Part shown: piece by piece, positions 46,714 to 55,480 of the stretch
Numbering within the stretch: position 1 is the stretch's first letter
Layout: each line of letters starts with the position of its first letter
Assembly (NCBI GenBank): GCA_049523315.1
Contig: JBEKMZ010000007.1
Coordinates: forward strand, 18,383-82,382
DNA length: 64,000 bases
DNA from: Acidimicrobiales bacterium
GTDB taxonomy: Bacteria; Actinomycetota; Acidimicrobiia; Acidimicrobiales; Bog-793
Direction: 5' to 3'
Program-made: the position numbers and the translations under genes
The notes under the pieces: generated by a model
What the model was told of the DNA's origin: nothing
The model's input: the letters and a program-made list of their open reading frames with translations, nothing else
Databases searched by the model: none

Positions 46714-47516
46714 CACGCGTCCTCGTCGTCGACGACGACCCGGCCCTGTTGCGAGCACTGCGGATCGGGCTCGAGGCAAGGGACTTCGAGGTCACCGTCG
46801 CCCACACCGGCGCCGAGGGGCTCTCGAGGGCGGCGCAGTCCGTGCCGGACCTGATCGTTCTCGACCTCGGGCTACCTGACCTCGACGGCGTCGAGGTCTG
46901 CAGGCGCCTGCGGCAGTGGACCGAGGTGCCAGTGATCGTGCTCTCCGCACTCGACAGCGAGGACCGAAAGGTGCTCGCCCTCGACTCTGGCGCGGACGAC
47001 TACGTCACCAAGCCGTTCGGGATGCAGGAACTAGAGGCTCGCCTCCGGGTCGCCTTGCGGCACGCCGCGGCCCGGAATCCCTCCGATACCCCCGTGACGC
47101 TCGTTGTGGGCCCCATCTCCTTGGACCTCGCCTCACGCGTCGTCGAGGTCGCGGGGTCACAGGTCGATCTCACGGCACGCGAGTTCGACCTGCTCGCATT
47201 TTTGGCCCGCAACGCCGGCAAGGTATGCACGCACCGCACCATCCTGCGGGAGGTCTGGGGGCCCGGCTACGGGAACGAGACCCACTACCTGCGCGTCTAC
47301 GCGAGCCGCTTGCGCCGAAAGCTCGGCGATCAAGCCGGCCCGCTCCTGCGAACGAACCCTGGCGTCGGCTACCAGCTCGTGGACGAGCGCCCTGTTCAGC
47401 CGTGCTCTGGCGGGGGCGGCGTCTCCGGCCAGGAGCTTGGCGGAGCCTCGGGCGCCGCAGGCACGGGACCGCTAGGCGAAGAAGGCACGAAACCGCCCGG
47501 CACCGGGGGGACATAA
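46710..47516 (+). CDS. OmpR/KdpE-type response regulator with a Gly-rich C-terminal tail
   Basis: The GTG overlaps the kinase stop. VLVVDDD, phospho-acceptor LIVLDLGLPDLDG, and winged-helix LRVYASRLRRKL...GVGYQL. About 40 extra residues follow the domain. Confidence 0.9.
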   Translation: MTRVLVVDDDPALLRALRIGLEARDFEVTVAHTGAEGLSRAAQSVPDLIVLDLGLPDLDGVEVCRRLRQWTEVPVIVLSALDSEDRKVLALDSGADDYVTKPFGMQELEARLRVALRHAAARNPSDTPVTLVVGPISLDLASRVVEVAGSQVDLTAREFDLLAFLARNAGKVCTHRTILREVWGPGYGNETHYLRVYASRLRRKLGDQAGPLLRTNPGVGYQLVDERPVQPCSGGGGVSGQELGGASGAAGTGPLGEEGTKPPGTGGT

Positions 47517-47938
47517 CCACCGGGCGCTGGGGGCGCGGGACCTCCGGGAGGTGGCGGCCAGCCGGACGGGGGGAACTGGGGAAGGTCGGGACCAGAGCTC
47601 GGAGCCCCGCCGGCGCCATAACCCGTCGGGGTGCTGGGCATGTAACCCGCAGGCGGGGGCTGTGGCCATGGCGGAACCGGGTACCCGGCGGGGCCGAGGG
47701 CGTACCCACCCTGGCGGAACTGGCGGAGCTCTTTTTGGACCGGCCAGTCCGAGAACGCGAACACGAAGAACATGACTATGTTCACAAGAGGTACGAAGCC
47801 CAAGAGCACGAACCATCCGGAATAGCCCGCCTTCGAGATGATCTTGACCGTGCCCACGATCGAGGCCACGGCCAGAGCCAAGTAGACGATCACCAAGACT
47901 GCGCCAGCGCTCCCGAGCGTCGATCCCAGAACGAGCAT
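47396..47938 (-). CDS. small two-TM membrane protein with a Pro-rich tail (DUF5684-like guess)
   Basis: Trimmed to the ATG at 47938. The core KAGYSGWFVLLGFVPLVNIVMFFVFAFSDWP is followed by a ~100-aa P/G-rich tail. It is a paralog of 48095..48568. Confidence 0.6.
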   Translation of the reverse strand: MLVLGSTLGSAGAVLVIVYLALAVASIVGTVKIISKAGYSGWFVLLGFVPLVNIVMFFVFAFSDWPVQKELRQFRQGGYALGPAGYPVPPWPQPPPAGYMPSTPTGYGAGGAPSSGPDLPQFPPSGWPPPPGGPAPPAPGGYVPPVPGGFVPSSPSGPVPAAPEAPPSSWPETPPPPEHG

Positions 47939-48094
47939 ATTGACCACCTCTCGCGGGTGCTCTCGGTCTCCTCCGATTAGACGCCGGGACCCGCCTACGA
48001 GCGAGCGTAGACCCCGAAAAGCTTGCATCGGGATGACCCCAGCGGTGATGGAGGTTCGGCCGTCTCCCGTGGGCGGACGGCTCCGACCGGTTGC

Positions 48095-48568
48095 TCAGCC
48101 TCCTTGGGCGGGCGGGGGGGGTCGACCCGGGTCGCCCGGCCACGGTGCCGGCGCCGACCCGCTCGGGCTGGCAGGCCACGGGGGCGGGGACGCGGGCGAG
48201 GACGATGCCGGCGGGCCAGCAGGGGGCGGTGGCCATGGAGGCGCGGGGTACTGGGGTGCGCCCGAGCCGTAAGGGGATGGTGGTTGTCCTGGCCACGGCG
48301 GTGCGGGGTAACCGCCTTGAGGGGGCCTTCCCAAGCCGCTCTGGCGGTAGTTCCGCAGCTCCTTGTCGACGGGCCAGTCGGAGAAGGCGAAGATGAGGAT
48401 CATCACCAAGTTCACGACCGGGATGATCATCAAGAGCGCCAACCAACGCGAGTATCCGACCTTCGGCAGCACCTTGAACCCGGCCACGATCCAGATGACG
48501 GCGGAGAGGAGCACGAGCAGGACAGTGCCTCCACCACTCGCTCGATGTGCAGCGGAGAGAAGCTCCAT
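48095..48568 (-). CDS. small two-TM membrane protein with a Pro-rich tail (paralog)
   Basis: The core KVGYSRWLALLMIIPVVNLVMILIFAFSDWPVDKELRNYRQ aligns with the neighbouring gene. Confidence 0.6.
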   Translation of the reverse strand: MELLSAAHRASGGGTVLLVLLSAVIWIVAGFKVLPKVGYSRWLALLMIIPVVNLVMILIFAFSDWPVDKELRNYRQSGLGRPPQGGYPAPPWPGQPPSPYGSGAPQYPAPPWPPPPAGPPASSSPASPPPWPASPSGSAPAPWPGDPGRPPPPAQGG

Positions 48569-48735
48569 GCTCGACCACCTCTATCGCGGGCGCGCTCCCC
48601 GGACCGCCTCGGTCAGGGCCTTTCACCCGCCTTGGGCGAGCGTAGACCGCGGGTGACCAGACGGCGGTGATCTCCCGCTTTGACAACACGGGACCCGTCT
48701 CCGCGGCAATGCTGAGCACCTGGAGAGGAGGCCCG

Positions 48736-49419
48736 ATGCTGGGGGTGGTCACTCCGGTGCCTTATCTTGTGGCCGTAATGCTCGCTCTCGCCACCGGCAC
48801 CGCGCTGTGCTTGCGCGCCAGGCGCTCTCCGGGGCAATGGGCCGCGGTCGCGGCTCGGTTGATAGCGCTTGTTCTCCTCGCCGATGCCGTCAGCTTCATC
48901 GTCGCCAAGCTGGTCGCCGGCACCTTTTCGGCAAAGACGGACCTTCCCCTCGCCCTTTGTGACATCGCCGTCCTCGTGGCTGCGGCGGCGTGCTGGTGGC
49001 GAAGGCCGCTCCTCGTCGAGCTCACCTACTTCTGGGGTCTCGCCGGCACGCTTCAGGCCGTCATTACGCCCGATCTCAACGCCGGCTTCCCACACCTCGT
49101 CTTCTTCCAGTACCTAGTCGGCCACCTCGGAATCGTCCTCGCGGCGCTGTACCTGGTCGTCGGGTTGCGGATCGCTCCCCGGCCCGGATCGGTGCTCACC
49201 ACATTCGCCGTCACCCTCGCCTATACAGCGTTGGTCGCCGCCGTCGACGTGCTGAGCGGAGCCAATTACATGTTCTTGCGGCGTCCGCCCGGGAACTGGA
49301 CCCTGCTCAGGCTCCTCGGTCCCTGGCCGTGGTACATCGCGAGCGCCGCAGGGGTGGCTCTCGTGCTGCTCGCGGCGCTCGACCTTCCCTTCTGGATCGC
49401 CCGACGCCACCGTGGCTGA
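48736..49419 (+). CDS. integral membrane protein (YwaF/TIGR02206-like guess)
   Basis: The ATG at 48736 is preceded by GGAGAGGAGG. Multi-TM protein containing LCDIAVL and GHLGIV. Confidence 0.55.
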   Translation: MLGVVTPVPYLVAVMLALATGTALCLRARRSPGQWAAVAARLIALVLLADAVSFIVAKLVAGTFSAKTDLPLALCDIAVLVAAAACWWRRPLLVELTYFWGLAGTLQAVITPDLNAGFPHLVFFQYLVGHLGIVLAALYLVVGLRIAPRPGSVLTTFAVTLAYTALVAAVDVLSGANYMFLRRPPGNWTLLRLLGPWPWYIASAAGVALVLLAALDLPFWIARRHRG

Positions 49420-50716
49420 ACGAGCCAAGCCGGACGCGAGCACTGCGAGCGAGCCGATCACCTCGCGCCTGCACCTTCACGGCTGGCACGAGCCCGCGGT
49501 GATAGCGACGGCGCTGCTCGCCACTGCTGCCGGGTTCGGGCAATTCGGGGCCGTCGCCGCGCTCGGTGACGTCGCGAAGCACTTCGGCCACATAACCCAT
49601 GGAGCGAGCATCGCCGAGCAGGCGGGTCTGTCGGGCACAAAGCTCGGGATCGGCCTGGCGGTGCTGCGCCTGGCCTCTTTGGGCGGCCTCCCGCTGGCTG
49701 GCCTCGCCGACAGATTCGGGCGCCGCAGGATCATGCTCGTGACGTGCGCGCTCGGGCTCACGCTGACGGCGGTGTCCGCCGTCAGCCCGACCTACTGGTG
49801 GTTCGTGGCCCTTTTCGCCCTCGGACGGCCGCTGCTGAGCGCCACTTCAGGCGTGACACAGGTCGCCGCAGCAGAACAGACTTCGTCTGCAAACAGGGCC
49901 AAGGCGGTCGCCCTCATCGCCGCCGGCTACGCGCTCGGGTCCGGAGTGATCGCGATCGTGCACAGCCTCGGGTCGAGCACGCTCGGATTTCGCGGCGTGG
50001 TCCTGCTCGCGATCGTCCCTCTCGCTGCCCTCCCGTTCATTGCCCGCTCGGTTGTCGAGCCCGACCGCTTCAAGGTCGCCGCTGCCGCGAGCGAGCACCC
50101 GCTGCCCGTGCTCGGGGTGGTGGCGCCACCGTATCGGCGCCGGCTTGTCATCGTCGCCGTGCTGACCTTCGCTCTCTCGCTCGTGACTGGCCCAGCGAAC
50201 AGTTTCTTCTTCCTCTACGCACAAAACGTCCTGCACTTCTCAGGCTCCTCGACGGCACTTCTCGTCGCCTCTGCCGGGTTCACCGGGCTCGCCGGGCTTC
50301 TGCTCGGCCGTTACCTCGCCGATCGAGTCGGGCGTCGCCTAGCGGCCGCCGGGGCGATGATCGCGATGGCATTGTGCGGAATGGTTACCTATAGCGGCTC
50401 CGGGCTCGCCGCGGCCGTCGGCTACATGCTCGCGGTTCTTGCCGCCGCGGTATTTGCGCCGGCTGCCGGAGCGCTCACGAACGAGCTCTTTCCCACCTCG
50501 GTCCGGGCCTCGGTCATCGGATGGGAAATCGCCACGGGAGTCTTCGGCGCGACGGCGGGCCTTTTGTGCTTCGGTGCGGTGGCAGATGTCGGCAATCGCT
50601 TCGGTCTAGCGGCTGTGATCGTGTTCGCGGCCACGATCCCCGCCACTGCCCTGTTCGCGCTTTTGCCGGAGACCCGCGACACTGAGCCCGAGGATCTCTG
50701 GTCCGACACGGTTTGA
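49412..50716 (+). CDS. MFS transporter
   Basis: 434 aa with about 12 TM segments and the MFS loop motif LADRFGRRRIM. Confidence 0.8.
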   Translation: MAERAKPDASTASEPITSRLHLHGWHEPAVIATALLATAAGFGQFGAVAALGDVAKHFGHITHGASIAEQAGLSGTKLGIGLAVLRLASLGGLPLAGLADRFGRRRIMLVTCALGLTLTAVSAVSPTYWWFVALFALGRPLLSATSGVTQVAAAEQTSSANRAKAVALIAAGYALGSGVIAIVHSLGSSTLGFRGVVLLAIVPLAALPFIARSVVEPDRFKVAAAASEHPLPVLGVVAPPYRRRLVIVAVLTFALSLVTGPANSFFFLYAQNVLHFSGSSTALLVASAGFTGLAGLLLGRYLADRVGRRLAAAGAMIAMALCGMVTYSGSGLAAAVGYMLAVLAAAVFAPAAGALTNELFPTSVRASVIGWEIATGVFGATAGLLCFGAVADVGNRFGLAAVIVFAATIPATALFALLPETRDTEPEDLWSDTV

Positions 50717-50756
50717 AAGCTCGTCCCGACGGTGCCGGCGACTCGGCTAGAAGCGC

Positions 50757-50942
50757 TCAGCGCGCGAACACGTGCCAACCCAGCCAGAGCCAGGCGACAA
50801 CGAGGACGAGCCTTCCCGCGAGATGGGCCCTCGCTGTGCGCAGTAGCTGCGCCGCGCTCGGCCAGCCACGACCGGCCAAGCGAGCCGTCGCCTCGCAGGC
50901 GACGATCGCCACGGCCACCACGACCCACAGTGCGAGGTTCAC
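50757..50942 (-). CDS. small membrane protein, or the 3' part of a frameshifted gene
   Basis: The GTG at 50942 overlaps the upstream stop (GTGA). The protein ends in LVLVVAWLWLGWHVFAR. Confidence 0.35.
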   Translation of the reverse strand: MNLALWVVVAVAIVACEATARLAGRGWPSAAQLLRTARAHLAGRLVLVVAWLWLGWHVFAR

Positions 50943-51379
50943 CGGCGGCACCGAGGCCGCTCTGAAACAACGAGACCGCACACGGCCCAACAGACGAAGG
51001 CCGCCGCTCGGCCGATGCGATGGCCGGGCCCGATCAACCCGTTCGCGAGCGAGCTCAGCGTCGGGTAGAAGCTCCGCGGGCTGTGGAAGAGCTCCCACAG
51101 CTCCACGGCGACGACGAGACCGGCCACGAGCACCCACGCCGCCAGCCCGTAGCCGCGAAGCCGAGCCGGTGTCCCGACCGGCGATTGCGGCGCCAATGAA
51201 GGCTCAGATCTCCATCGGCGAGTTGAGATCGCGCTCAGCGACAAGACGGCTGCCGCGACCGAGAACGTGACAACGCTCGAGCTAAGACCGAACGGAGCCA
51301 TCCGGGCCTCGAACCAGCCGCACACGGCGAGAGCGACAAGGAAAAGCCCAGCCGCGCCCGCCCGCCCGCGCAGTCTCAA
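50939..51379 (-). CDS. hypothetical membrane protein
   Basis: 146-aa ORF with 3-4 hydrophobic segments. No family recognised. Confidence 0.45.
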   Translation of the reverse strand: MRLRGRAGAAGLFLVALAVCGWFEARMAPFGLSSSVVTFSVAAAVLSLSAISTRRWRSEPSLAPQSPVGTPARLRGYGLAAWVLVAGLVVAVELWELFHSPRSFYPTLSSLANGLIGPGHRIGRAAAFVCWAVCGLVVSERPRCRR

Positions 51380-51657
51380 GTTCCTCGCCGCCTCGGAGCC
51401 GAGGCGCCAGGCCCCGTCAGTTCCAGCAACGGAGGCGAGGGCTCAAGATCTCCAGGCATTTCTCCTCGATCCGCAGGCGTCGTCGCGACAGTGCCTGACA
51501 AACGACAAGTCATGCTAAGCCCAAGACCGCACTTTGGAGCAGGGACCGTTCTACCTCGCGACCCGAGGTCTCCCGGACCGACGCGTCCGGTGGACTAGCC
51601 TCGCCGTTGCCTGCGGTCGGGGGGTCGACACGGCCGGGCGTTATGAGAGGGATCCAC

Positions 51658-51978
51658 ATGACCGTTCCGTACTTGCCCGAGATCTATGCCAGTTTCCGCA
51701 AGCAGTTCCCCGAGCTGTCCGAAAGCCTCGACGCTCTCGCCAAGTCCGCAAACTCCGGCCCGCTGGACGAGCGCACGAGCCGCCTAGTGAAGCTCGGCAT
51801 CGCCATCGGGGCGATGTCCGAGGGTGCCGTGCGCTCGAATGCAAGGCGCGCCCTGGAAGCAGGCGCGACGCCCGAGGAACTCCTCCATGTCGTAGCTCTC
51901 ACCGTCACCACCCGGGGCTTCCCGGCCGCCGTCGCCTCGTACTCGTGGATCGAGGACGTGCTCAGACCCTCCCGGTGA
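51658..51978 (+). CDS. carboxymuconolactone decarboxylase (AhpD-like) family protein
   Basis: The ATG at 51658 is preceded by GAGAGGGA. LDERTSRLVKLGIAIG...EGAV...ALEAGATPEEL is typical of the CMD family. Confidence 0.75.
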   Translation: MTVPYLPEIYASFRKQFPELSESLDALAKSANSGPLDERTSRLVKLGIAIGAMSEGAVRSNARRALEAGATPEELLHVVALTVTTRGFPAAVASYSWIEDVLRPSR

Positions 51979-51989
51979 GGCCCGTCAGC

Positions 51990-53513
51990 TCACCGCGCTG
52001 ATACCGCCGACCGCCCGCTCAGGCGGCAGTCTGCGCAGAGACTCTCCGCTCCGGCCGCAAGGAACCGGTGCGAGCCACCGGCGCGCAGTAGGGCCTCGGG
52101 CGACAAGCGGACGCCGAGCGGCGACCCGCAGAGGTCGCACGCGGCAGCTGGTTGGGTCGCGACCACAACGACAGTTGTCCCAGCCGCAACGACTGCACCA
52201 TCGACCGAGCGCTCGAGGCTGATCACCTTCTCAGGGCAGGTGACCACACACGCACCACATGCGCTGCAGCGTGCCGGGTCGAGGTTCAAACAAAGCGACC
52301 CGGAATCGTCTGTGTCGACCGTGAGTGCGCCCCTCGGGCACACGCTCACACAAGCCCCGCAGCAAGAACAACCCTGAGGGTCGATGTGCACGGAGCCGAA
52401 TGGGCAACCGCGCCCTTCCACCCTCCAGCCGCTCCGGCCGGCTTCGAGAGCACCGAGACCTGCCAGTACCTGCATCGTCGCCTCGGGATCACAGAGCTCG
52501 ATCTGCGCTTGGCCATTCGACAAATCCCATCCGGGGTCCCCGACCGGTCCTTTTGTCGAGAACCCGGTCGCTTCTGCGAGATCGCGGACGAATCGCTCAA
52601 GGTCATCGGCGCGAAGCTCGCATTCGTCATCTTCGCAAGGCGCGAGCCGGACGCCCACGCGCGCGCTCATCAACTGGAGCAGCCAACCCGCGCTGACCAT
52701 CTCGAGCGAGGGCACTCGCAGGGCCAGCCACGCCTCTCCCAGGCGCGGTGCGGTCGTCGAGTTCTGGCACACGATCGCCACGCCCGTCGCGGGTGTGCCG
52801 CCCCGGATGGACTGGACCAGTGCGCCGACGGCGGCTCGAAGTCCGCCCAAGTCGGCGCCGGGCAGCGCGAAGGCGCCGTTGCGACACGCGACGACACAGG
52901 CTCCACAACCGGCGCAGCGCTCGACGTCGACGACGACACGGCCAGCTCTTTTGAGCAACGCCCCGTGGCGACACGCGGCCAGGCACCCGGTGCACGCGGC
53001 ACCGCCAGCGCAGCGCTCCTCACGGCGGACAGCGACGGGGCGCAGCGAGAGCTCGAGGCCACGGAGCAGGGACCGTCGGGAGACTCCCGCGACCGAAAAG
53101 CTGGTCCGCTCCCTGACCGGCGCCTCCGCATCGACGGCGACGACACGTGCCAGCCCGGCCCGCAACAGCGCGATCGACTGCTCCAGGACAACCCGCTCAT
53201 CGCAGATCTCCGCCGGCTTCAAGTCGACGATGTCGGACCCAACGACCGCGACACCGGCTCGCCTGAGGCCCGCGAGCAGCCCTCCGCGGGCGTGCGAGGC
53301 GGCGCGGCACCCCAAAACGACGCGTGTCGGGCAAAGACCTGAGAGCGCTCCGGCGAGGGCCCTCGGCCGTTCGCACATGCCCGGGACTCCGGCCACGCGC
53401 GTGCCGGGCACCTGCGCGCTGAGCCGCGCCTCGAACTCCAAGAGCCGAAGGGGCGCCGGTGCGGCGCCCACGTCATCGCAGATGACGACGAGGGGCGCAT
53501 CCTGCGCTTGCAT
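51990..53513 (-). CDS. cytoplasmic multi-[4Fe-4S] protein (two 2x[4Fe-4S] ferredoxin modules plus Cys-containing non-ferredoxin regions)
   Basis: CTGCLAAC, CAGCGACVVAC, CSCCGACVSVCP, CSACGACVVTCP, and a C-terminal CDLCG...CADC pair. No signal peptide. The ATG shares a base with the stop of the upstream chaperone gene. Confidence 0.75.
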   Translation of the reverse strand: MQAQDAPLVVICDDVGAAPAPLRLLEFEARLSAQVPGTRVAGVPGMCERPRALAGALSGLCPTRVVLGCRAASHARGGLLAGLRRAGVAVVGSDIVDLKPAEICDERVVLEQSIALLRAGLARVVAVDAEAPVRERTSFSVAGVSRRSLLRGLELSLRPVAVRREERCAGGAACTGCLAACRHGALLKRAGRVVVDVERCAGCGACVVACRNGAFALPGADLGGLRAAVGALVQSIRGGTPATGVAIVCQNSTTAPRLGEAWLALRVPSLEMVSAGWLLQLMSARVGVRLAPCEDDECELRADDLERFVRDLAEATGFSTKGPVGDPGWDLSNGQAQIELCDPEATMQVLAGLGALEAGRSGWRVEGRGCPFGSVHIDPQGCSCCGACVSVCPRGALTVDTDDSGSLCLNLDPARCSACGACVVTCPEKVISLERSVDGAVVAAGTTVVVVATQPAAACDLCGSPLGVRLSPEALLRAGGSHRFLAAGAESLCADCRLSGRSAVSAR

Positions 53514-54208
53514 CAGCCCGATTCGGCGACGGAGAAGTAAGCCCTGATCCCGGCCATCCAGTCGAGGGTGAGAGCGGCGAGATCACGGTAAAACGAGCTC
53601 TCGGCGTCGTGCGCGACCGCCCGACAAAAGCGCGGCAGGAACCTGGCGAGATGCTCGCCGAAAAGCCGGCTCGCGACCGCCCCCATCTCGTCGGACGACA
53701 GCGAGTACGCCAGCGCCTCGAGCTCGATGGCGACGTGGTCGGGCAGCTCGCAGGAGCTTGCCGACACCTGGAGGCCAAGCTCGCGGTAGAGCTCCTTGAG
53801 CTCGGCTGTGCACGGCCCCATCAGGGTCCGGCGAATGTCGACCGGGACGTCCTCTCTCCAGAAGGACTCATAAGGTGGGCAAGGAACCTGCCCAGGCCCT
53901 ACGAAGAGGCGCTCGTACTCGTCGAGGAGCTCGGAGGAATCCACGGCCCCGCCCGCCAGCTCCACAGGCTCACAAGCCGGCTCGCTCGATACGAGCCGAT
54001 GCGTCTCGGCCAAGAACGCGCCGGCCTCGGCCCAGATCTCGACCTCCGCGGGCAACGGCCGGCTCCAGAGATGGCTCAGCAGATCCGCGGCAGCCTCGAT
54101 AGTCTCGCGCCCGGGCGGGCTCTTGGCGCAACGGGCACCGTCCCCGTTGTGACCGCGCGCCGCGAACCCCCCTCCGCCGCCGTTAAGAACCGCGCCCTCG
54201 GTGCTCAT
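53513..54208 (-). CDS. TorD/DmsD/NarJ-family redox enzyme maturation chaperone
   Basis: Trimmed to the ATG at 54208 (ATGA overlap with nrfD). EYERLFVGPG...CPPYESFW and PDHVAIELE are typical of this family. Confidence 0.75.
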   Translation of the reverse strand: MSTEGAVLNGGGGGFAARGHNGDGARCAKSPPGRETIEAAADLLSHLWSRPLPAEVEIWAEAGAFLAETHRLVSSEPACEPVELAGGAVDSSELLDEYERLFVGPGQVPCPPYESFWREDVPVDIRRTLMGPCTAELKELYRELGLQVSASSCELPDHVAIELEALAYSLSSDEMGAVASRLFGEHLARFLPRFCRAVAHDAESSFYRDLAALTLDWMAGIRAYFSVAESG

Positions 54209-55470
54209 GAGCCCGTCGCCTCGTCGGCGACCGCAGGCTTCGCGCGGTGCTTGCCCGCCGGTACGCCTTCCATGACGTGAAGCTTCTCGTAGCCGATCGT
54301 GACGAGTGCCGCGAAAAGCGCCACCAGGCCGAGCACTATTCCGATTTCCACCCATGTCGGGTGGTACCGGCCGATGAGCTGGAACGAGGAGGTCTGGGCG
54401 TTGTAGGTGCCGACGGCATTGCCGGGTGGGAACTGGGTGAGCGGGTTGACAAAGCCGAGGACCACGAGCTCGACACGGAAGGCATAGACCCCGACGATGG
54501 CGAGGAACGCCGCCAGCCCGAGCGAGCCGGGCATCTTTTTGAGGCGCGGGACTAACAAGAAAGCGAGCGGGATCACGCCACCGACGATCCACTCGATCCA
54601 GAACAGCCACGCCCAGGGGCCTCCGGGGAGCACGAGATTGAGCGCCGAGCGGTCGGCCGGGACGTTGCCCCAAAGCACGGTGATGTAGTCGGCACCGACG
54701 AAGAACAGGTCGACGAGAAGGCTTATGACGATGAAGCCGCGCAGCCACTTGCGAGTGTCCTCAGAGAGCTCGACCTTGCCGAAGCGCTCCGCGCAAAGAG
54801 CGAGAAGCGTCACGAGCGCGGTGCCGGAGAGCACCGCCGAGACCACAAAAAGAGGGGCCATGAGCGATGTGTTCCACCAGCTGCGGGCGATCTGGAGACC
54901 GAAGATCCATGCCGTCACCGAGTGGAGCAGGATGGCCGTCGGCAGACCGACGTAGGCCATGACACGGGCGACGGTCTTCCAACGGCTCGGCTCAACGGCG
55001 CGACGCTGAAGGACATAGAGATCGACGATCGAGAAAACGAAGTAGATGGTGATGATCAAGATGTCCCAGATGAGCGGAGAGGTCCAGTTCGGGTGGATGA
55101 AGATGTTCCCCACCCGGAAGGGCTGACCGAGGTCCGGAATGATCATGAGGGCCGCTACCGCCACGCAGGCGGCGGCTGACAGCACGCCGAGGCGCGAGAG
55201 CGGCTTTAGCGCCTTGATGCCGAACACCTCGGCGCTCGAGGCCATTATGAGACCGCCCGCCGACAGGCCGATGAAGAACGCGAACGTGAAGATGTACATC
55301 CCCCACGAGACGACGTCGCGCATGCCCGTCGCGGCGAGGCCGTAGTGGAGCTCGTCGATCCAAGCTGCCAAACCCCAGACCATGAGTGCGACCAGTGCCG
55401 CGTACCAGGCCCAGATCGGCCGGAAGGTGCGGTTGGCGCGTACGGGAAGTGCCGCGGTAGTTGTGGCCAT
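54205..55470 (-). CDS. NrfD/PsrC-type polytopic membrane anchor subunit
   Basis: Trimmed to the ATG at 55470. About 10 TM segments, with GMRDVVSWGMYIFTFAFFIGLSAGG. Confidence 0.85.
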   Translation of the reverse strand: MATTTAALPVRANRTFRPIWAWYAALVALMVWGLAAWIDELHYGLAATGMRDVVSWGMYIFTFAFFIGLSAGGLIMASSAEVFGIKALKPLSRLGVLSAAACVAVAALMIIPDLGQPFRVGNIFIHPNWTSPLIWDILIITIYFVFSIVDLYVLQRRAVEPSRWKTVARVMAYVGLPTAILLHSVTAWIFGLQIARSWWNTSLMAPLFVVSAVLSGTALVTLLALCAERFGKVELSEDTRKWLRGFIVISLLVDLFFVGADYITVLWGNVPADRSALNLVLPGGPWAWLFWIEWIVGGVIPLAFLLVPRLKKMPGSLGLAAFLAIVGVYAFRVELVVLGFVNPLTQFPPGNAVGTYNAQTSSFQLIGRYHPTWVEIGIVLGLVALFAALVTIGYEKLHVMEGVPAGKHRAKPAVADEATGS

Positions 55471-55480
55471 CGCCGCCTCC

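Noticed and set aside
47472-48752. 426-aa minus-strand ORF spanning both Pro-rich paralogs.
   Set aside because: It is a different frame of the same strand with an Arg/Pro-rich nonsense composition. The two shorter ORFs share a conserved two-TM core with each other, which supports them instead.
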